From Auanema rhodensis (lineage: Eukaryota > Animalia > Nematoda), in assembly GCA_964057225.1 (NCBI GenBank), contig OZ059894.1, positions 10,416,001 through 10,480,000 of the forward strand: 64,000 nucleotides of DNA. The letters are read 5' to 3'. Shown here piece after piece: positions 51,229 through 64,000 of the stretch. The translations under genes and the position numbers were made by a program. Every line of letters starts with the position of its first letter. Within the stretch, counting starts at the first letter, position 1. The notes beneath the pieces are model-generated. The model saw only the letters and a program-made list of their open reading frames with translations. It was not told the DNA's origin and did not search any database.

Positions 51229-52910
51229 TGATAAGCCGTATGAGAAAGAAAAAGAACTATTACTATATTACCGGACCCCCTTCTCCCCGAAATTTCTAAA
51301 GAAATCACTAATAAGCATATAATAATTAATAATTTTAATTTAATACTGACTATTATTATTATTATTATTTTAAAATATTGTTGTTGATCTAAAAAATGCT
51401 CAATTGTCTAGTCTTTCATGCCTTGAAGAGAGAAAATTTTTTTAAATTAGGGGCAGCCATTCCCACAGCTCTTTCATATTTTGTTTGTATAAAAAAAGAA
51501 TAATTACAAATAAATTTTAATAGATTGATATAAAAATTTTTGAATCACCATGGTATTTACCGCTTATCATGTCATCATATTATGCTAATCAGCAGTAATA
51601 CTAATTAGAATAATCACAAAACATTTTGTTGCATCATTTTAGAGTAATGAATTTGCTCAAGCGGTTGCATTCCATAATCAGATTATCAGCTGCACAATAA
51701 AACAAAAAAATGCATTCGATGAATACTCAAAGTATGGAAAGGTATGATAAAATCAAAAATTTTTAAAAATTGGTGTTGGGAAGCACAATGAAAGCTGCAT
51801 GATACAACTAACTCAGGGGTTTGTACTTACACTGTCAAGCAATCATTATGTTCGGATGGCGTCACAGATGCTTGAATCACCCCATTTTATCACACAAAGG
51901 CTTCAGCAACAGCAAAAATGAACCTTGTCGAACTTCACACATACTATTAACCTAATTCTTTTTATGGTTAAACATATTCACATAGTTAGATCATATTTTT
52001 ATGGACTACAGCATCGTTTCTAAGCCGACTAGTAGTGGTTTATACTTGAAACCGTTTCAATGAACCCGGCTAATTCAAGTTTTTTTTCGAACTATATTAG
52101 CTTCTACTGATAATTTCCGACAATAATTGTACCTTGTTCTTGTTCGATGTGGTCCGACAGACAATTGAATGATAAGTCCGGTAGATATAAAAGTTTGAAT
52201 TTTCTCTGAAGCCATTGTCAGCGCAAACATTTGAACTTTCATTGCGTATTCTCGTCATGAAAACGCCTATAAAGGGTTTGTATAAGCGTAGTTGTGCGAT
52301 GCATATGCATAACTTGTTCCGAACCATCTGATAATTATATATCATAGAACCAACAGTGACATATCAGATCAAAGTTTGCCTTTTGCAATTGATTTTCACA
52401 ATATTTTATCTTATCAAAAGATCCAAACTTCGAAACTTCATTTTCTATTTGTCACGGAAATGATGAACGAACTATCATCGAATACAATCATTGTTGGGTC
52501 ATCTATACAATATCTAGTCAAAAAAACGTCTGTTACTCTATTCTGTCAAGGCGTCTTATGTTAAATAAACATATTAACCCATTTCGTTAATGCCATTCTC
52601 ATATCGTTTATCTCAAAACGTTTTCTTATTGATAAGATAAATATTTGAAACTGCATTTTGTCTTTGATCATATTACCAATATCATTTAGCAACTAACCTT
52701 TTATTACAAAAACAATCTATTTTCAACTTGAAATCAACAGACAGGGACGGGATTTTCGGCCTGAAATGCCATTGGTTTAGTCGTAATATTTCGTTGATAT
52801 CTATGTCCTTTGCGTACGTTTTTTTTGCACTTTACTTTTTTTTTGAAAGAAGACTTCTCAAGCATGAACGTTGGACTCAGTTTGATATGCTTTCCAAGTG
52901 AATTTATCAA
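51229..52910. promoter_or_regulatory. TGATAA (GATA/ELT-2-type) site cluster upstream of sptl-2
   Basis: 11 TGATAA/TTATCA sites at ~51229, 51564, 51683, 51745, 51887, 52108, 52170, 52329, 52411, 52630 and 52904. Confidence 0.6.
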
Positions 52911-53141
52911 TTTCTTTGCATAATCCTAATTATATGGTTCTTAGTTAACTATATGATTGGTTGTAAATGATACATATATTTAATTTTCCTATTATTATTG
53001 ATCTAAAATATAAGTATGAAAATGGCAATGATTCACACTTCTGCTCGTCATTGTATCTTTCTTTTCTCTATTATAACATTCTTTTTGTTGTTCTGAACAC
53101 CTAGATAACGCATTCATACCCATCGCATCCTTCTTGTAGGT

Positions 53142-55952
53142 ATGACCGCAACTGACTTGATTGATATTCACGATGAGTCTCTGATCGTCATCAGGAATGC
53201 CGTTTCGACGGTTAAACCTAAGGCAGAGATCAAAGAAAAGCCGGATTGCAAGTGAGTCTTTTACTTTTCTTGTCACCATTCACACTTACATTTTGTACTC
53301 TTTAGAGTAACTTGGCAAAGGGGTAGTTATTCCGAAGCTATATTCGAAAAAGCTCCTCGATATGTCACATTTATGGTTAGCTTTGCTTTCACCGTAATGT
53401 TCTATTGTGGACTTTTGGTGGATTGGCTGAAAAATAAGAAGTTTATGTCAGTTCCAAAAGCTACTGACGATCCCAGAACCAAGGTCAGTCAACCTACCTC
53501 TGACTATCGGTATAGCAACCTAATTTTCATTTTCTTTTAGGATTTCCCCCGTCTTGATAATTTCTTTGAAAACATTTATATTAACCATATTTATCGGAAA
53601 TCTAGTGATGTCATTGAACGAGCAGTATGTAGCGTTCCTGGAAGTATTTTAACATTGAAAGACCGGGTATCGGATAACTATGGATGGACATATAGGTACG
53701 TTAGCTTGAATATAAAATTTTATATTTTCAAGTCATTTTTCATATTTATTTCTTAATTATATTTAAATTTTTTTAATTTTTATGCGTTTTGTTTATCTTT
53801 CGGAATATGTTATCTTACTTGCATCCCAATCAATGACTTCCCCATTCCTTTTTTTCTTTTACTTTTCATTTCTTATCAATTATATAATTCAATTACTCAT
53901 ATCCCATTGCGCTTTTCTTATACTTTCATTGACCATAATAAGCTTAGAGAGGTTCAAATACTCGAAAAGTTTTACTTTTCACGACTATGCTGTTATGAGC
54001 GATCAATTCTAAGTCATTTCCATGATAGTATGCGCATTGAGCGGTTGAACACTTATCCTTTATCAGTCAATTAAAAAATATTTTTATATTCATTTCAAGT
54101 TTTTTACACACCTTCAAAATGCCGCAATAAATCCCATTCCCAAATTTTTATTTTTAGACTAAAAGTAATGATTGTTCTTCTTATTTTTTAATCAAATATT
54201 AATGGTTGATCAGCTTTTATGAATCTAAAAATAGAACAATGAGAGGATCAAATCTAATTCTTGCTCGGAAATGCCTTGCCACCTCGGCCGTTAACCATTG
54301 TTTATTTACCCTCTTGACTTGTGCAGTCCACCGAGCGTTCATTGGAATCAAGAGAGTTCAACAAATCTTTTCAGATTCACAGGAAAGGAACAAAAAGTTG
54401 TAAACTTAGGTTCTTATAACTATCTTGGATTCTCACATAATGATGGGATTTGTTCTCGAACAGCTATAGAATTTATTAACAAGTACGGATTACATATAGG
54501 AAGCACTAAACATGAAAGAGGTTTCATCTCCTTCTCAAACATGTTTTTCTCATTCTTCTTATTTCGTAGGACATCACACAATTCACCGTGAAATGGAGCG
54601 TTGTATCGCTACATACTTAGGCGTAGAAGATGCTATTTGTTTCCCAATGGGTTTTGGAACTAATGCAATGAACATACCTTCTTTAGCGGATAAGGTATCA
54701 TATATGACATTTCGTGGTCAAGTTATAATCTTCAGGGATCTCTAATTCTCAGTGATAGCTTAAACCATTCCTCTATAGTTCTGGGTTGTAGACTTTCAGG
54801 TGCTACAATCAAAGTATTTAAACATAATAGTATGCATTTCTAATCATATACTTCGAGAACAATTGGATTTTCAGGTCCCTCTGATTGTGAAAAGATCTTA
54901 CGTCAATGCTTGAGCGGCCCATGTCCAAAAACTGGAAAGCCTTACAACAAAGTGCTTATAGTTATTGAAGGAATCTACAGGTTATCTAAGTTTGGATGAA
55001 ACTTTTTCATCTTCAATTTACAGTATGGAGGGCACTATTGTTAATTTGCCAGGATTCATTGAGGTTAAGAAAAAGTATTCCTGTTACTTGTTTTTGGATG
55101 AAGCACATAGCATTGGTAACTTTTTAAAATTTCTCTCTCTTCTATGCGTCTTTTTTAGGTGCTGTTGGTCCTACTGGAAGGGGGGTTCCTGAATATTGGG
55201 GTTGTGATCCTAATGATATAGATATTCTTATGGGTACACTAACCAAAAGTTTTGCTGCGACTGGTGGATATTTAGCCGGTAAAAAGGTTAGCAATCAAGT
55301 TTTCTTACAGTTTATCGCTTATTTTTTCAGACAACAATTGATCATATTCGTTATAATTCGGCTGGACCCTGCTATGGAGCTGGTATGTCACCTCCGGTGA
55401 TTGCTCAAGTTATGAGTAGCATGAAAGTAATGATGGGAGAAGATGGCACTAATATTGGAATAACCAAATGCCAAAATCTTCTTCGCAATTCTAGGTTTTT
55501 CTTTCAAGTTTTACATAGTTGGTATAACGTCAATCTTTTCAGATATTTCCGCAAACGTCTGCGCCAGATGGGTTTCCTCATATATGGCCATGAAGATAGT
55601 CCAGTTGTTCCTTTGTTAACGTATTACATAACCAAAGTTGTGTAAGTTTTGATCATTTGATCTCAATTGTCTGACCAACGGTGTTTCAGTATGTTCTCTC
55701 GGAGAATTTTGGAAAGAAATGTCGGCGTTGTAGCTGTGGGTTTCCCAGCTACTCCCGTAGACAAAGCTCGTATTCGGTTCTGTGTCAGTGCTGATCATAC
55801 AAAAGCACAACTTGATTACGTAAGCTATAAAGTGGTTTTAGATGTTTTCATATATAATCTTGTAGGTATTAGATATGGTAGACCAAGTTGGAGATGAGAC
55901 CAACACCAAATACGGAACTAGAGAATTTGTAGGAGAAACAATAGAATATTAA
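53142..55952 (+). CDS. sptl-2: Serine palmitoyltransferase catalytic subunit (SPTLC2/LCB2 family)
   Basis: Spliced: [11 protein letters not shown]...DRVSDNYGW...[14 protein letters not shown]...FPMGFGTN...[10 protein letters not shown]...IEGIYSMEG...FLDEAHSIG...[14 protein letters not shown] (PLP Lys)...VGFPATP...RIRFC. NHIYR and GFSH favour sptl-2 over sptl-3 (from memory). The start codon is tentative. Confidence 0.93.
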
Positions 55953-56270
55953 TTGTTTTCACGTGTATGATCAATGTTTTATCTATTTTTCATCAATTTT
56001 AATTAGGTACCAGATGCCTAGATACTCTTGCCCACGTGTGAAGCGATACGCTTCGTACAGGTTCATCCATATTACTGTTTGAAACAGCTTATGTTCATAA
56101 TTTTTTTTACTTTGTTGCATACAGATAAGCAAGTTATCGGATATGTTCAGATTTATTGAGAATATTAGATATTTTATAGCTCAACCATATAGTCATTCGT
56201 GCATTATTAATTTCTTGACACAGACACAATCAGTTTTTAAGGTTTTCATTCCGTTGAGCCTTGCTCTTGC

Positions 56271-58757
56271 TTAAGTTCCGTTAGTTTGCCTTCCAATTAT
56301 GGTTGCTTTATGCGTGAATGGAGTAACCTGCAATAATGAGTTCAATTTCCTTCCGAATTTCTCGACAACTGTACTTGAAAAGCTGAGCCACTAGTACATG
56401 GTTCTCCATCAATTGCAAAGTATCCTGATTTCGTTTGTGGCTCCACTCGAACAGCTTTGACTGGTATAATCTGCAAATTTTAAAAATAAAGAATATTAAA
56501 ACTAATATAGAAAATAATAAATTTTTCAAGCTTATATTCAAATATTAAAATTTTTGCAACCTACTTGTAAGCATGGATAGGAGAGATGGACACAGTTATT
56601 CATTCGGATGAACAAATCAGCCACATGAAACCTTGTCTTAATTGTGTTCCAATCCAACAAACTTAGATATATTATATCTTGATCTAATTGAGCCGAAGGC
56701 ATGTACGGTACATCAGAACCTTAAACAAAGAGAGTTCAGGAAATGAATTCTGATAACTACCGAGATGTGAAGTTGCAGATACGTTGACCATCGCCCAGCA
56801 ACCTTCAACTGTCTCCCATTCAGGTCCGAGAGGGCTATTCAAACTTGGATAGGTTTTAGAAGAACTCTTCAAAGCATCTGAGATAGAATCGTATTCCGTC
56901 TCTCTAATGTTTTCAACATCTTTGTTAGTAGCCTAGATAAAGTTCAAATATGAAATACAAGGTTTAGTAATAGACTTACAGGTTTTACAGGATCGAATGA
57001 GAAATGATCAGCACCAAACTGAGCTCGATCTTCATCATAACGTAATGTACTTTTACGAGAAGTTTCTTTGTTATTAACGGGTATATATGACACTTTGGCA
57101 TTATATTTGGCAACGGAAGGAAGTTCTGAAAAAATTTTAAATTTCAAACGAATGATTTTCAATGAATTCTTACGTAAAATTCTAAGAACCGCTTCTATAT
57201 GAAATCTGGCCATCCCAGCCCACCGGAATCGTTCACTACCAATATCTGAGAAAAATTAATTGTATAAAGATATTAAAAATTATTTGAAAACCTATATCTG
57301 CTATTAAACCCCAAGTTGCTGTCATAAACATTGGCTTAAGAGAGTCATGCTCTGTTTCAACAGTAAATAAAGACAAGTTTATGTACCTAAAGATAAAAAA
57401 TGAAACATCAAGAACAAAGTAAGTATCAACCTTGGTCTAACAAGCATATTAGCGCATTCTGTTAAAAATACATCTCGAGCAGAAAAAGGCTCCCTGAATT
57501 TCATTATTATACAATATTAAATTAAAAAATAAATAATAATTGATTGAAATATGACATACTTGCATGCAAAAAGAATAGAAGCTGCTAATCCGTTACTTGT
57601 TCCACCCGGCAAATGACAGATGGGTATTTTCAATGCTCTATCTCTATCTTTTCTTAATAGTAACCCACATATTACCTAATATAAATAAGTTTTTACTTGA
57701 GTTATGTAGTGCAAATATACCTCAGATATGAGCCCATCACCACTATTTACAGCTATGGCATCATACTTATCTATATCTAATGTTTTAGCTATTTCTGTAC
57801 CGTGCCCCGGTTTTTCTGAAAACAATTTGAAAAATTATTTAAAGTCTATTATATGTTGTTCGACATTCTAAATTTATGATAGTGTGTTTTATTATGACGT
57901 TCAAAACTCAAACTCGGCATTCAATATAAACCGGCGGTACCAAGTACCTATCAATTTGGGCAATGATAACACATGTGTATGTAACATATTTTTTCTTAAA
58001 CGAAAGATATTTTATTAGACTTGATTTGTAATGAAGAAAATCGTATTTAGTTCGAACTGAAGAGATTCACCTGTCATAATAACTTCATATTTCAAGCCAG
58101 CCTCTTCTAATACTTGACTTCCATAAGTATTCCAAAGCTGCAGAGCTTTTTTCTGTCCACTAAATGGATTGGTAATGATTAAAACTAAATCATTCGCTTT
58201 TTCTTTCAAAAGGTGTGCTGAAACAAAAGCAAATAGATGATTAATGATATTTATCGAAGTAGCTTACGTGGTTTTGCCCGCACAATTCGCTTTTTAATTT
58301 CATTGCAGATTTTTTTGCAACTTTCGAATGAATTAAAGTTATAAATATCTTCTCTTCGTTTTCTTTTCCCATTAATTATTGGATATGATATGATTGACAA
58401 TTGAAGATCAGGTTCTGAAACCATTAAAACGTAACAACTTGAATGAAAAAAAAATGAGAAGAAAACAATAAAGTCATTATATAAAAAAAGGGAAAAAGAG
58501 ACAAAATGTAAAATTTTGCATCATTTATGCAAATGAAACATCATGTTTTCACAGCTTTAATTATAATAATAATACTTCTCATTTTGCAAATGAAAGATAG
58601 ATAGAGCGGTTGTATATCGATTAAATTTCACTGAACAACACCAATGCAACGGGAAGAACTTACTTGTTAGAACATTACATCCTATAACATCTATTAATCT
58701 TATAGTGCTACTTTTACAGAAAATTCTTCCTTTACTTATACGGACAGAAGAATCCAT
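56271..58757 (-). CDS. sphk-1: Sphingosine kinase
   Basis: Spliced: MDSSVRISKG...IRLIDVIGC...IITNPFSGQKKA...NSGDGLISEV...HLPGGTSNGLAAS...TWGLIADIDIGSERFRWAGMARF...SHLGSDVP...AIDGE. These are the SPHK C1-C5 motifs. Confidence 0.94.
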
Positions 58758-59480
58758 ATATAATCTGTAGAAAAATGAATTTTTTTGTTTAGAGAGAAAA
58801 ATAAATTAATGAAAATAAGGTATGAAATAAGGAAGGTAAATATTTGAGAGATAAAAATATTGATATGATATAAAGAGTATGGTATATATGGAGAGATTGT
58901 CATAAGACATCATAAAGGTCAAAGAGCTTGGTAGCGAGGGGAGAGACATCTGTGCTTTTGATGATAGTAAAGAGTAGCATGAGAGAATCAAATTCCAGAT
59001 AAGGAAACAAAGATGCGCAATCGATAAAACAGACATGTGGACGACCTTTCTGTCTGCCTGAACTGTTATAGCGAATAGGAATCAGAAGGACGTTTCCGGC
59101 CAAACTTAATGCCTCAAATGTGTTTCGGAAGGAAACTCACCGACATGCACATGTATAAAGTACGTAAAATGATATTTAAGCTCGTAAAACCAGTATGAAA
59201 ATGATTTCCAAAAGCAACTGTGACTTTCTCAGTTGTTGATGGCAATCTTCAATGGTGTGAGAAGAAGGCTGAAATATCATAAAGAGAAAGGAAGAAAATG
59301 AACAGATGAAAGGAGACGTGGTGAGAACCTAGAGAGGCCAGATGAGAAAGAATGAGATATTGTTGAGAGATAGAAATTTGTTGAGAATTAAATTAGACAA
59401 ACGATATGTAAGCCATTAGGATTAGAGCAAATTGAGGTAAAAAAAGATTTTTGAAGAGTAGAATAATAGCAATTCGTTTT

Positions 59481-61106
59481 TGATAAATATGCTTCTGAAA
59501 CAGAATAATTAACAAATATCTCTAAGATAAAGGTAAGAAGCTTATCTATAAAACTTTCATGTGCGCGAATTCTGAGAACCGATAATGAAAAGGTTTTCAT
59601 TATCAGCTCATAATATGAAACTATTTTATCTGAAAAGAAGTTTCTTTATTTTTCTTTTACCGCGACTTATCTAACTAAGTGTCAAGTTCCTCTTGACAAT
59701 ATTGAAATGAACTTTTTTTTTGACAAATTCTTCTGTAAGTTGGCTTAAATTGGTCAAATTGGTCATGTTTAAACGACATGAACTTGAAATTATGGATAAA
59801 TGAAATGCGAAAACTATTCAAATAGGAGAACTTTAGCTTGAAAAACTGTGAAAGAACAAGTCTTTTCGACATACAGGACAATGACTATACATAATTGCTC
59901 TTCTTTGAAATTTTATAATTGTAACAACAGTAATTGTAAAAGGAATGAACTCAATAATGATGAGAATATAGAGGAAAACTGACATAACCATATCGTGTTG
60001 TTGTATTATTTGCTACCTTTAATATACTTTAAGAGATATCAAGTTATATTCTCGAAATTTAAAACTCGATCGAGTGCTTGTTGAGTACAAACTGTACCAG
60101 CTGCTTGATAGACTGTATATTCCATATTCGATTATCAAAACTTATACAACACTGTCGAAGACCTTTTGACCAACGAGGAACGAGAGTGTTTGTAATCTGC
60201 TTATCATGCCTTGCCTCTAAAGCCCTATCATATTAAAGGAGTTTTATCACTATTTTGACTGTTCTTCACAATTTTCTCTCTTCCATCCTTCACTTTTGTG
60301 CTTTTTACCTAATTTTATCTCTCTTAATCTCAATATTTCTAAAATTTCTTTTTCTAAAATTTAAAGGAACATTTTCATGTTTTGAATTATCTGCCTAGCC
60401 AATTTCTCCTCATCATTAACTGACATATAACCTCAACTAACATTCAATTTTCTTCAAAATACGGTAAAGAAAAATTCTCAGAAAAGGAAAAATAACAAAA
60501 TTGTTGACTTTTCGTCAGAGAAATTCCCACAACTTTGAGTAAAGTTGTCAGTTTGCCTACAGTTCTTTCTCTGCTACTAGAGTCAAAGTAGCATTTTTCT
60601 TAGTTGAAAGATATCAAAAAATATAAAATTAATTATAGACATCATTGTTGATAACAAAAACTATTTTAATAAAGAATTAAGAGGTTTTTACCTTATTGAT
60701 CCACAAAAATTGTCTGTTACGCCGATGACATTGAAGACATCGTTAAAACTTATTTCAAATATTTTGATAAACATGCTTTTCCCTCTTCCTAACTTTGATA
60801 AACCATCTAATATGTTCTTCATATAACGTCTTATAGGTTCAAAAAGAATAAAATATGGAAGGACTTAATGAGCAGAAGGATGATCGCTGTCATACCTTAC
60901 AAGTGGGTTCATCGACAAGTTTTTTTCCTCACGACTTCTCCTCTGGACTTTATCTTTTCATTGGAAATTAATCATTTTGTACCAAAATAGAAACCAAAAT
61001 GCAACCGTGTTCCTTTTAAAAAAAATTTTTAGTGATTCATCTTACTCAGGGAGTTATATCATAAGCTTTTCTATGTCCCGTAATACTCCATCTTAAAACC
61101 TTATCA
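59481..61106. promoter_or_regulatory. TGATAA cluster in the divergent sphk-1 / SLC22 region
   Basis: 9 sites at ~59481, 59600, 60132, 60201, 60244, 60649, 60765, 60796 and 61101. Confidence 0.55.
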
Positions 61107-63616
61107 AAAAACATTTATTTTTAGATATTTAAGATGTTAAATAAATCTAAATTAAATTCCTTTTCTAAATAAAAACAAATTCTGCTTAAAATTAATGTAA
61201 AAACTTGGAGTTTAACAAGGTTACAGAGCTTAAAACCGGATGAATCGGACACGAGAGCACGAACTATCAGTGCAGCAAGTATTACCAGATATGAAAACCT
61301 TGATGCTGATAAGGTATTAAATGCTTATGGAACATTTGGAAAATATCAGGTAAATCTGATTGAATATAGCTGAAATTTGAAAAATAAATTTAGATGAGAG
61401 CATATATCATTACAAGTAGTGTGCATCTATTATTTTCAATTAATATGATGATAATGCCATTTATTACTGAACAAGCTAATTTCTCGTGTGCTATTGATGA
61501 ACCAAAAAACAGTAATTGGGTAAGATTTAACAGATTAATGAAAAAAGAAAATTGAAATATATAATTGAAGGTATACACGGTAGTAGACAGTTGTAATATC
61601 ATGGATAGTAACAACTGGACTATAGACTGTTTGAATATTCCTGGAGCAAGGTAATTCCGAATATTTTGAAAGATTTTACAAACAAAATTTTAATTTTTAG
61701 TTACAAATATGAAGAAGATAGTAAAGTCTCTATTGCTTCATCTTTTAATCTCGTCTGTGATGATTACAGCATGGTTGAGCATGGCTCTTCAGCTTTTCTT
61801 CTTGGTAAACTCAAATACAAAAGAAAAGGTTTATAGAGTTTAAGTTGTTTTTCAGGTGGAATGATTAGTGGACCAATTATAACTCAGCTGTCTGATCTGT
61901 ATGGAAGACGGATTACGTTTATTGTTCCATTGATAGTTGCCTTTATATCTAACATGTTATGCTCTGTGTCATACAACTTCAGCATGTTCTTGATTTTCCG
62001 GTTTATAGCTGGAATAGCAACTACGGTATGTCTTTACCGTTCTTTTCTGGGAATTCATATTAGCCTTTTCCAGAGTTACTCTCTAACTGCTTCTGTACTT
62101 TGTATGGAATCTGTATCAACTAAATTCCGTTCTATACTTCCTTTGTGTGGAAATATTGCTTGGGTGCTTGGGTAAATAGCACGTGTAATCCTTCCTCAAC
62201 TATAACTTTCTCTGTTTTCAGTTATATTCTTGCTGGAGTTATTGGGATGTTAGATGTTAATTGGAGATGGATGTACTTCATCGCATCAATTCCAGCCATT
62301 TTTGTTATTCCAATGGCTTTGTATATCAAAATTATCAAAGAATATAGTGAAATCATATATTTAGGAAATGTCCCGAATCCTTAAACTGGCTTATCACGAA
62401 AAACAAAACAAAAGCCGTAAGACGGTATTTCCTAATATGAAAAGATCTCAACCTTCAATTACTATTTTCAGATATATTCATACATCAACACGTATCAATG
62501 GATGTGGAATAGCTTTGGATGAATGTAAATCAGCTAATGCAATTGTATCAGAATACGTAAGTTTAGCGACTTCTTAGGTCAAAAAAAAACTTTTTTTTTA
62601 AAGAAAAGTCGAACTTTCATGGATATTATTGCTAATACATCTCTGTTTATAACACTTATTTTCAATTGTTATATATTGTAAGAATTATTATTATATTTCT
62701 CAATTTCAAATCAATATTCTTCTCAGAATTGTTATGAATGGTACATATTGGGCATTATCACTGTATTCTGTGGATTTAAGTGAGAACAAGCGTCTTGGAT
62801 TCTTCCTATCAGCCATTGTTGAGATTCCAGCTACTCTTGTTTCTTCCTATTTCATGGTATAATATCAATATTTTACTAATATTTTCATAATTACTTTCAT
62901 TTTGTTTTAGGTCTATTTCAAACGGAAAACTGTTGCTGTTGGAGCTTTACTGCTTACAGCAATATGTATGTTCGTTATGGTTTATATTCCAGGTAATATA
63001 AGTTTGTTATTTCAATTATTCTTATATCCATATGTATCTTCAGTACCACCTCAATTTTTCATTATCTTGCCTTTACTTGCTAAGAGTTTAAATACTGTGA
63101 TATGGTCTGTACACCCACTTCTGGCCGGTGAAGCAGCTCCTACATCTGTCCGAAATGTCTATACTGGATTTGCTGCATTTATAGGAGATATTGGAGGAGT
63201 TGCAGCCCCGTATTTGAAACGTTTGGTTTGTTTATTATTTTCAACTTAAAACTGATAATGAACCTGTTAAGGAATCTCTAAATAAAAATGCCCCTACACT
63301 CCTTATTGCGATAATGTCTGTGTTTGCTGGCTTATTTGTATTCATACTTCCCGAAACTAAGGATAAGCCATTACCTGAAGATATCGGTAATAATGTTTGA
63401 TAGTTTTTGAGCATGTATAAGCTTGTTTTCAGATGATTTCGATGAGGGAGTTGTAATTCATAAACTCATGAAGATACTGGGAAGGGAAACCAACGAAAAA
63501 AACGAAAAAAACGCTTTAAATGATGTAAGAGATTCATAATTGCATGCAACTTGGGTTTTCTATTATAGCAACTGGCACCCATGATTGTGATAAACACAGA
63601 TACTGCACAGGCCTAG
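60855..63616 (+). CDS. MFS transporter, SLC22/organic cation transporter-like
   Basis: Spliced: ...GTFGKYQ...SSFNLVCD...LSDLYGRR...IFRFIAG...CMES...NWRW...CPESLNWL...GEAAPTSVRN...LPETKDKPLPE. These are SLC22 signatures. The first exon is tentative. Confidence 0.92.
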
Positions 63617-64000
63617 AGCTTACTACAAGAATCTCCATACCCTTTGTAATTCCAAAACTTTAAAGACTTAGTCTTAATTCTATTTTATTGTCAAAATATG
63701 AAATTTCTAATTTATAAAACTTGGAATTTCTTATGAAATTATAAGATAAATATGAATTTAAACTAAAATTAAATGACAAGGATAGAAGAAGAACATTAAT
63801 GTACAACCGGTTACTTGAAGTTTGAAATAAAAAATAAAAATAATCAAACTATCACATTTCAGTTTCGTGCACTAATCGGTTGCTCCAATGATAAAGTAGT
63901 TCTGAATATTTCACGCACATATTTTAGAAATTGATTAACAAGAAAATTCTCAGTTATTCCGTAATCTTGAACGATACTTCTTTTGTAGACCAGAGAGCAT

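Noticed and set aside
51643-51741. 99-nt open exon-like segment (SNEFAQAVAFHNQ...) between AG and GT
   Set aside because: No flanking exons join in frame, and it lies within the GATA-rich sptl-2 upstream region.

Overview
Eukaryotic genomic DNA from a free-living rhabditid (clade V) nematode. It is very AT-rich with many ~40-70 nt introns, trans-splice-like acceptors just before ATGs, and abundant (CT)n/(AG)n tracts. The ORF track is mostly exon fragments, so I spliced the gene models by hand. In order: unc-60 ADF/cofilin (A and B isoforms sharing only the ATG exon), a secreted Lys/Cys-rich protein, a CK1/TTBK-like kinase, an srx-type chemoreceptor, a single-TIL protease inhibitor, a peptide-receptor-like class A GPCR, a Ser/Tyr/Gln low-complexity protein, a TIL-FOLN-mucin-FOLN-TIL protein, two tiny secreted CX3C-CX3C peptides, a UPF0046/MPPED metallophosphoesterase, an ABU/PQN-type Gln/Cys/Pro protein, sptl-2, sphk-1 and an SLC22/OCT-like transporter. 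The most notable observations are: (1) a compact sphingolipid block (sptl-2 tail-to-tail with sphk-1, and sphk-1 head-to-head with an MFS transporter) whose promoter regions are packed with TGATAA sites; (2) a tandem pair of helical-hairpin-type secreted micropeptides beside TIL inhibitors; (3) a dispersed, over-represented ATATAGTTAA motif; (4) frequent AAG 3' splice sites and a GC-AG intron. I recognised no tRNA, rRNA, CRISPR array or intact transposon. Counts and expected values are hand estimates, and no database search was run.
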